Source of the DNA: Methanotrichaceae archaeon
GTDB lineage: Archaea > Halobacteriota > Methanosarcinia > Methanotrichales > Methanotrichaceae
NCBI GenBank assembly: GCA_963803145.1
Contig: CAWDLW010000024.1
Span: 20,272-84,271, forward strand
Length of the DNA stretch: 64,000 bases
Reading direction: 5' to 3'
Shown: in pieces, positions 59,860 to 64,000 of the stretch
Layout: every line of letters begins with the position of its first letter
How positions within the stretch are numbered: position 1 is the stretch's first letter
Notes under the pieces: generated by a model
Databases searched by the model: none
Seen by the model: the letters and a program-made list of their open reading frames with translations, nothing else
What the model was told of the DNA's origin: nothing
Program-made: the position numbers and the translations under genes

Positions 59860-60978
59860 ATGAAAAGCTATTCGAAAATTGCGCTGATAGCCGTTAGCAT
59901 CTTGCTTGTCTTGGGCACGGCATTGGCACAAGATTGTTCCTTTGGGAGCAAGGTTTTGCCAGGAGATCCTGATATCGGTCGGCTCCTTAAGAATATAGAT
60001 GTGCAAGGCAAAGAACAAGCATTGATAGGCTTTTGGGATATTGGACCAAATCCAGATATTTATGATGCAGAAGATATCGTTTATTTAGATCTACGGCCCA
60101 CTGGAGTGGTAAACGCCAATGACGTCAGGCTTACATCATATGGTGATAAACCTCCTGGAAGCAAGGTAACTGCTTTTGATAATGATATCGGAAAGGAACT
60201 TAAGCCATTAAAATTCGCTTATATAGGGTTCTTGAATTTAGAAGGTAGTGAATTATACGATATAGAGGACCCTGTTTATCTCCATCAAAACTCACTAGAA
60301 CATATTGACCTAAATTTTGGTTCAAATGTGGACCAACAGTTCTGCGAGGGGTTCATAAATTTCGACACGGCTGGTAAAAAAAGTTGCTGCGGAAAATGCG
60401 CAGGGGCTATAACCATAAAATTTACCGACAAATATAGTTTATGTGTATTCGATGAGATCGCTGATCCTAAACCAATGGATTGTGGGGTTTGCGATGGGAA
60501 AAACGTTGAGGTGATTAAAGGGACAAGCAAATATTACTATCATATTTGTGGTACAAATAAGCTAAAGATATTAGATGCATCACTTTCAAAGGCAGTAGAT
60601 TCGTTAAATAAAACTATCACAAGTGATAGAGAATATATAGGATATTTAACAAATACAGTTAACAATTTATCCAAGAATTCTCAGCATATAGTTACAAACG
60701 ATGTTAGATTGAACACGATCGGCTCAAATTGTGCTGGTACAAAAGTTTTGGACTTCGACCTGGATCATAACAAATTACTATCCAATATAATATTGGTCAC
60801 TTTCCCAGCATATCCGAAGAATCTAGGCGCAATACGCTACTATGACACTAACGGGAATGGAATATATGACGACCCAGACGATATATATCTAGATATCTCA
60901 ATGCCTGGTGATAGTCCCATAGGGCAAGTATCTATTAACGATGTACGTTTGACCCAGAAATGTTGTGCAGAGGCTTGA
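59860..60978 (+). CDS. Exported protein with D(V/I)RL repeats and a Cys-rich insertion; paralog of 23666-24349
   Basis: Signal peptide; FGSKVLPGD.D, NDVRLT..G..PGSKV..D.D, YYDTNGNGIYD..D.IYLD; alternative start GTG 59848. Confidence 0.78.
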   Translation: MKSYSKIALIAVSILLVLGTALAQDCSFGSKVLPGDPDIGRLLKNIDVQGKEQALIGFWDIGPNPDIYDAEDIVYLDLRPTGVVNANDVRLTSYGDKPPGSKVTAFDNDIGKELKPLKFAYIGFLNLEGSELYDIEDPVYLHQNSLEHIDLNFGSNVDQQFCEGFINFDTAGKKSCCGKCAGAITIKFTDKYSLCVFDEIADPKPMDCGVCDGKNVEVIKGTSKYYYHICGTNKLKILDASLSKAVDSLNKTITSDREYIGYLTNTVNNLSKNSQHIVTNDVRLNTIGSNCAGTKVLDFDLDHNKLLSNIILVTFPAYPKNLGAIRYYDTNGNGIYDDPDDIYLDISMPGDSPIGQVSINDVRLTQKCCAEA

Positions 60979-60995
60979 TATTCGAAGAAGATTTG

Positions 60996-61027
60996 AATGT
61001 GAATAAGGTATGATTCTTATTCACATT
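60996..61027 (+). terminator. Hairpin downstream of the 59860 gene
   Basis: 12-bp perfect stem AATGTGAATAAG / CTTATTCACATT followed by a T-rich tract. Confidence 0.5.
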
Positions 61028-61277
61028 TTATCTTCCCCATTATTTACAGCTAGATAGAGGGCTACTTATAAATTTATAGAATTAATGGCATATTGCTGGA
61101 TAAAACTATAGAACTTTTGCACTCTTCTGGCTTGGTTTATCGCAAAGATAAGAGTTTCATATGAAGTTAAGATGGAACTAACATAAATGTTAGATAAAAT
61201 ATATATAAAAAATAGATTTAAATCTAATTGAAGACTATCGTCGTTATAGTAAAACTAAAAACTGTAAAGGTGGAAAT

Positions 61278-62036
61278 ATGAGAAAACAATCGATGATATT
61301 ACTGCTAATTGTAACATTAGCAGTAGTCGGGCTATTTATGGATGAAAGCGTAGCGCAACCCACTCCAGGAGGTTTCCCTTATGCGATACCTAATGTGGGA
61401 CCAAGTAGCCCCTCTGGTTATCAAGTGCCCAATCCTTCCGGAAGTCAATCCGGTCTTGTACCATATAACCCCTTTGGTTATGAAGGACCTGTTCCGCCCG
61501 AGAATCAACTTAGTCCTATCCCAGGAGAAGAATCGAATTCAGAACATCCTACAGAAGGTCCGCAGGCAGCAATTCCCTCACATGCGCCTTCTGCAAACAC
61601 AGGTAATGTTTTGGAAAATCTAGAAGGGGGACAAACTCTTGATACCCAAAGTATAATTGCAAATTTCGGTTCTGAACCGGAATCCTCATCAGAAGGAGTT
61701 TCAGGTGTTGCTACAAGTGCTCCTACTCCAAAGCTCTTTGCTGCTCCTCCAGCACCTAGTGGCATCCAGATTTGGGCGTTTTACAACGGCCAGTGGACAC
61801 AAGGACCTTCGTCAGTATCTCTATATCAACAAGAGAATATAGCGGTATTGAATGATCAGACCCAAAACCTATGGGGATATGATTCGAATGGCTTCCCGAT
61901 GTGGTCTAACTGGGGATTTAGATGGCCAGGATTCACGTTTTCTTCATTCTATGGGGACCAGAGGGGTTGGCATTTGGTAGCAATGTGGGGCAGTAGATCC
62001 GGATGGAGCAACGTATTACCTATATATGTCTGGTAG
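61278..62036 (+). CDS. Exported protein with a Pro/Ser-rich linker and a Trp-rich C-terminal domain
   Basis: Signal peptide; low-complexity middle; ends FYGDQRGWH....SNVLPIYVW. Confidence 0.75.
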   Translation: MRKQSMILLLIVTLAVVGLFMDESVAQPTPGGFPYAIPNVGPSSPSGYQVPNPSGSQSGLVPYNPFGYEGPVPPENQLSPIPGEESNSEHPTEGPQAAIPSHAPSANTGNVLENLEGGQTLDTQSIIANFGSEPESSSEGVSGVATSAPTPKLFAAPPAPSGIQIWAFYNGQWTQGPSSVSLYQQENIAVLNDQTQNLWGYDSNGFPMWSNWGFRWPGFTFSSFYGDQRGWHLVAMWGSRSGWSNVLPIYVW

Positions 62037-62336
62037 ACATCTCTAATTTTCATATATTTTTATTTAGAGTAGTTTAAAATTCTGAGCTTATCCCTAAAGT
62101 TATTGCATCTTTAATTCAAGCATAGCTTTTTTTGAAAAAATGCATATCCTATGTCCTTAAATATGGATATGTGATAACATTTTTGTAGTTCAGCATAGAG
62201 GATTGTTTAGGGATAAGCCCTATATGAAAAGTAAGAATCGGTAACACTTCCATTGAATTACCGATCGCATGCAACCAACAATAACTTTATTAATAGAAAT
62301 TCAAATTTTCGAGATAATTGGTGGGAGGGTTTAGCT

Positions 62337-62942
62337 TTGAAGTATATATTTCCCATATTGGCATTGGCCCTAACTATCAGCCTGACTTCAGGAACCATCA
62401 GCTATCTAGGCCCATATAAAATCTCCTTTGATATTCCGGGCTCTAATTCAACGCTAGTTGTAGTAGGGCCCTTGAACGCCTGGGATAGCGTTACTGGAAA
62501 GGATTATGTGCAGTATGTTGGCCTGATAAACATACCGGATACAATCATAACATATCTGGATATCAATATAACTGTCCTGAGGCAGTATCCTTCAGCCCTT
62601 GTATTGAACAGATCTCTATTCCAAGCAGAAGTGAACAACTGTTTTGAAAACGCGTCCCCTATGGATATTGATGAGACTTACTGGCGAAAAATTGATGGAC
62701 GGCCAGCGATAGTGAAGATTCGAACCAATACCTCTTCTAATACCACTGAAATGGCTGCCATATCCTGTATCGATGCGAAGGATGATAAAGGAAAGACTTT
62801 CATCATTCTTGGGGTAGAACCAGATGGAGTAAATCCCTCAATGAATGAAACGGAATTTGAGTGGCTTATGGATTCATTCCATATTCTTTCTGGGCCAAAC
62901 CTGTTACAATCAATCGCGATTCCTTGCTTAGCTGCCGCATAG
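62337..62942 (+). CDS. Exported hypothetical protein
   Basis: TTG start after GGGAGGG; signal peptide; LGPYKISFD, IDGRPA, MDSFHI. Confidence 0.65.
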   Translation: MKYIFPILALALTISLTSGTISYLGPYKISFDIPGSNSTLVVVGPLNAWDSVTGKDYVQYVGLINIPDTIITYLDINITVLRQYPSALVLNRSLFQAEVNNCFENASPMDIDETYWRKIDGRPAIVKIRTNTSSNTTEMAAISCIDAKDDKGKTFIILGVEPDGVNPSMNETEFEWLMDSFHILSGPNLLQSIAIPCLAAA

Positions 62943-63285
62943 ATCCCCCATCCGCATAGGAGATTGTAGAAGTTACCCAATATGTCCCACTTTTTTCGGC
63001 TACGATGGGATAGCTGATCGTCTGTTGGCTTCCCGGAGACAGGAAGACTGTTTTGGCTCCGGAGTCTGCCGAGACCCCTGGAGTAAAGCCAGGTGTAACT
63101 GTAACTTGAATGCCGTCGTCTCCGTTGTAGGAAAGCATAAGGTTCACCGTTGCGGTCTCACCAACAGCTACGGTTGACGGTTGCACCTGTTGGTTGGCAG
63201 TTAATGCAAATGCTGCAGCTTGACCGCTAATGATACCAATCCCAATGAGCAGAAGAATTGGCACTGACACTCCCACTTGACTCAT
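62866..63285 (-). CDS. Small exported protein with a single Ig-like domain
   Basis: Signal peptide; QVQPSTVAVGETATV, LSPG...ISY.I.A..SGTY. Confidence 0.7.
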   Translation of the reverse strand: MSQVGVSVPILLLIGIGIISGQAAAFALTANQQVQPSTVAVGETATVNLMLSYNGDDGIQVTVTPGFTPGVSADSGAKTVFLSPGSQQTISYPIVAEKSGTYWVTSTISYADGGSMRQLSKESRLIVTGLAQKEYGMNP

Positions 63286-63386
63286 TAGGTATTATTCTCC
63301 GCAGCTCAAGATTTAAAGATACCTTTTATATGAAATTTATATGAAAACTAAAGATAGGGCCTAATGCCTCTTACATAAATTACTTA

Positions 63387-63917
63387 TTGTTGGCCAAGAT
63401 AGATGTCCCAGCAATGGATGTTTCGTATTCCGCCTGGCAGCAATTAGCAGAAGAGAGATTGACGCTTAAAGGGGAAAACTTCTCTTTTCTCTTTGATCGG
63501 CGGTATATGAACAGGCTCAACCGGATGAGCAAGGTTTTCTTCGAGGCCTACGCCAGGGCAACCAAAGAGCTGGCTGCCCAGGAGGACCGATTCCCAAGCC
63601 TGAGTGAAATAGATGCTAGGATGGAAAGCGGCTCAGTCTATGCATTCAAGGACCGTCTCATCAAAAATACCGAGTTCTTTGAAGAGGTCAAGATCTCTTG
63701 GGTAACATACCTTGTGCCAAAAGCGAAGATGTTCGTAGATGCGTCAGGCACCTATACTGAACTCGCGTTCAACTTCGACGAGGGCACAGTTGTGTTTCCC
63801 ACCAGGAGAAAGGTGCCAACCAAGGCGGAAGCCTCTTTGCCAGAATTGGAGAAATCCGGCCAACAGCAGAAAGACATAGTTTCCATCGAAGCAGAGAAGG
63901 ATTCTCTGAATCGATAG
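63387..63917 (+). CDS. Hypothetical protein
   Basis: 176-aa clean ORF divergent from 63285; no recognisable motif. Confidence 0.6.
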   Translation: MLAKIDVPAMDVSYSAWQQLAEERLTLKGENFSFLFDRRYMNRLNRMSKVFFEAYARATKELAAQEDRFPSLSEIDARMESGSVYAFKDRLIKNTEFFEEVKISWVTYLVPKAKMFVDASGTYTELAFNFDEGTVVFPTRRKVPTKAEASLPELEKSGQQQKDIVSIEAEKDSLNR

Positions 63918-64000
63918 ATATAGCGGCCGATACACTGCAAGATGCAGCTCACTCGGAGCGTGCGCCAGAGTCGCCTGCAAATGCCGCGGGAGAGACTGCT

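Noticed and set aside
1-64000. CRISPR array, rRNA, integrase or provirus at the tRNA
   Set aside because: No regularly spaced repeats, rRNA-like sequence, integrase ORF or duplicated tRNA 3' end seen

Overview
Archaeal chromosomal window, most consistent with an acetoclastic methanogen of the Methanothrix (Methanosaeta) type: AMP-forming acetyl-CoA synthetase, methanogenesis marker 8, archaeal initiator tRNA-Met, cupin-type glucose-6-phosphate isomerase and ATP-dependent DNA ligase. Most of it is housekeeping (his genes, queC, rnhB, hom, lig, fumarase, FprA/rubredoxin, CopA). There are three IS elements with visible terminal repeats and target duplications, plus several AT-rich accessory patches. 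The top candidate for an undescribed system is a tightly coupled minus-strand operon at 16277-21621. It encodes two exported proteins built from the same ~100-aa beta-rich repeat, a multi-pass membrane protein and a divergent tubulin/FtsZ-superfamily (CetZ-like) GTPase. The second candidate is an acs gene sandwiched between two paralogous CoA-transferase/Pat-type GNAT fusion genes, with a divergent RHH regulator and palindromic operator-like sites. Smaller observations: a HisB lacking its first metal motif, a rubredoxin missing from the ORF track with an apparent ATC start, an IS that splits the ogg TATA box, a candidate C/D-box sRNA, a dispersed REP-like repeat, and several single-base frameshifts that may be assembly errors. 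All family calls come from reading motifs by eye; no searches were run.
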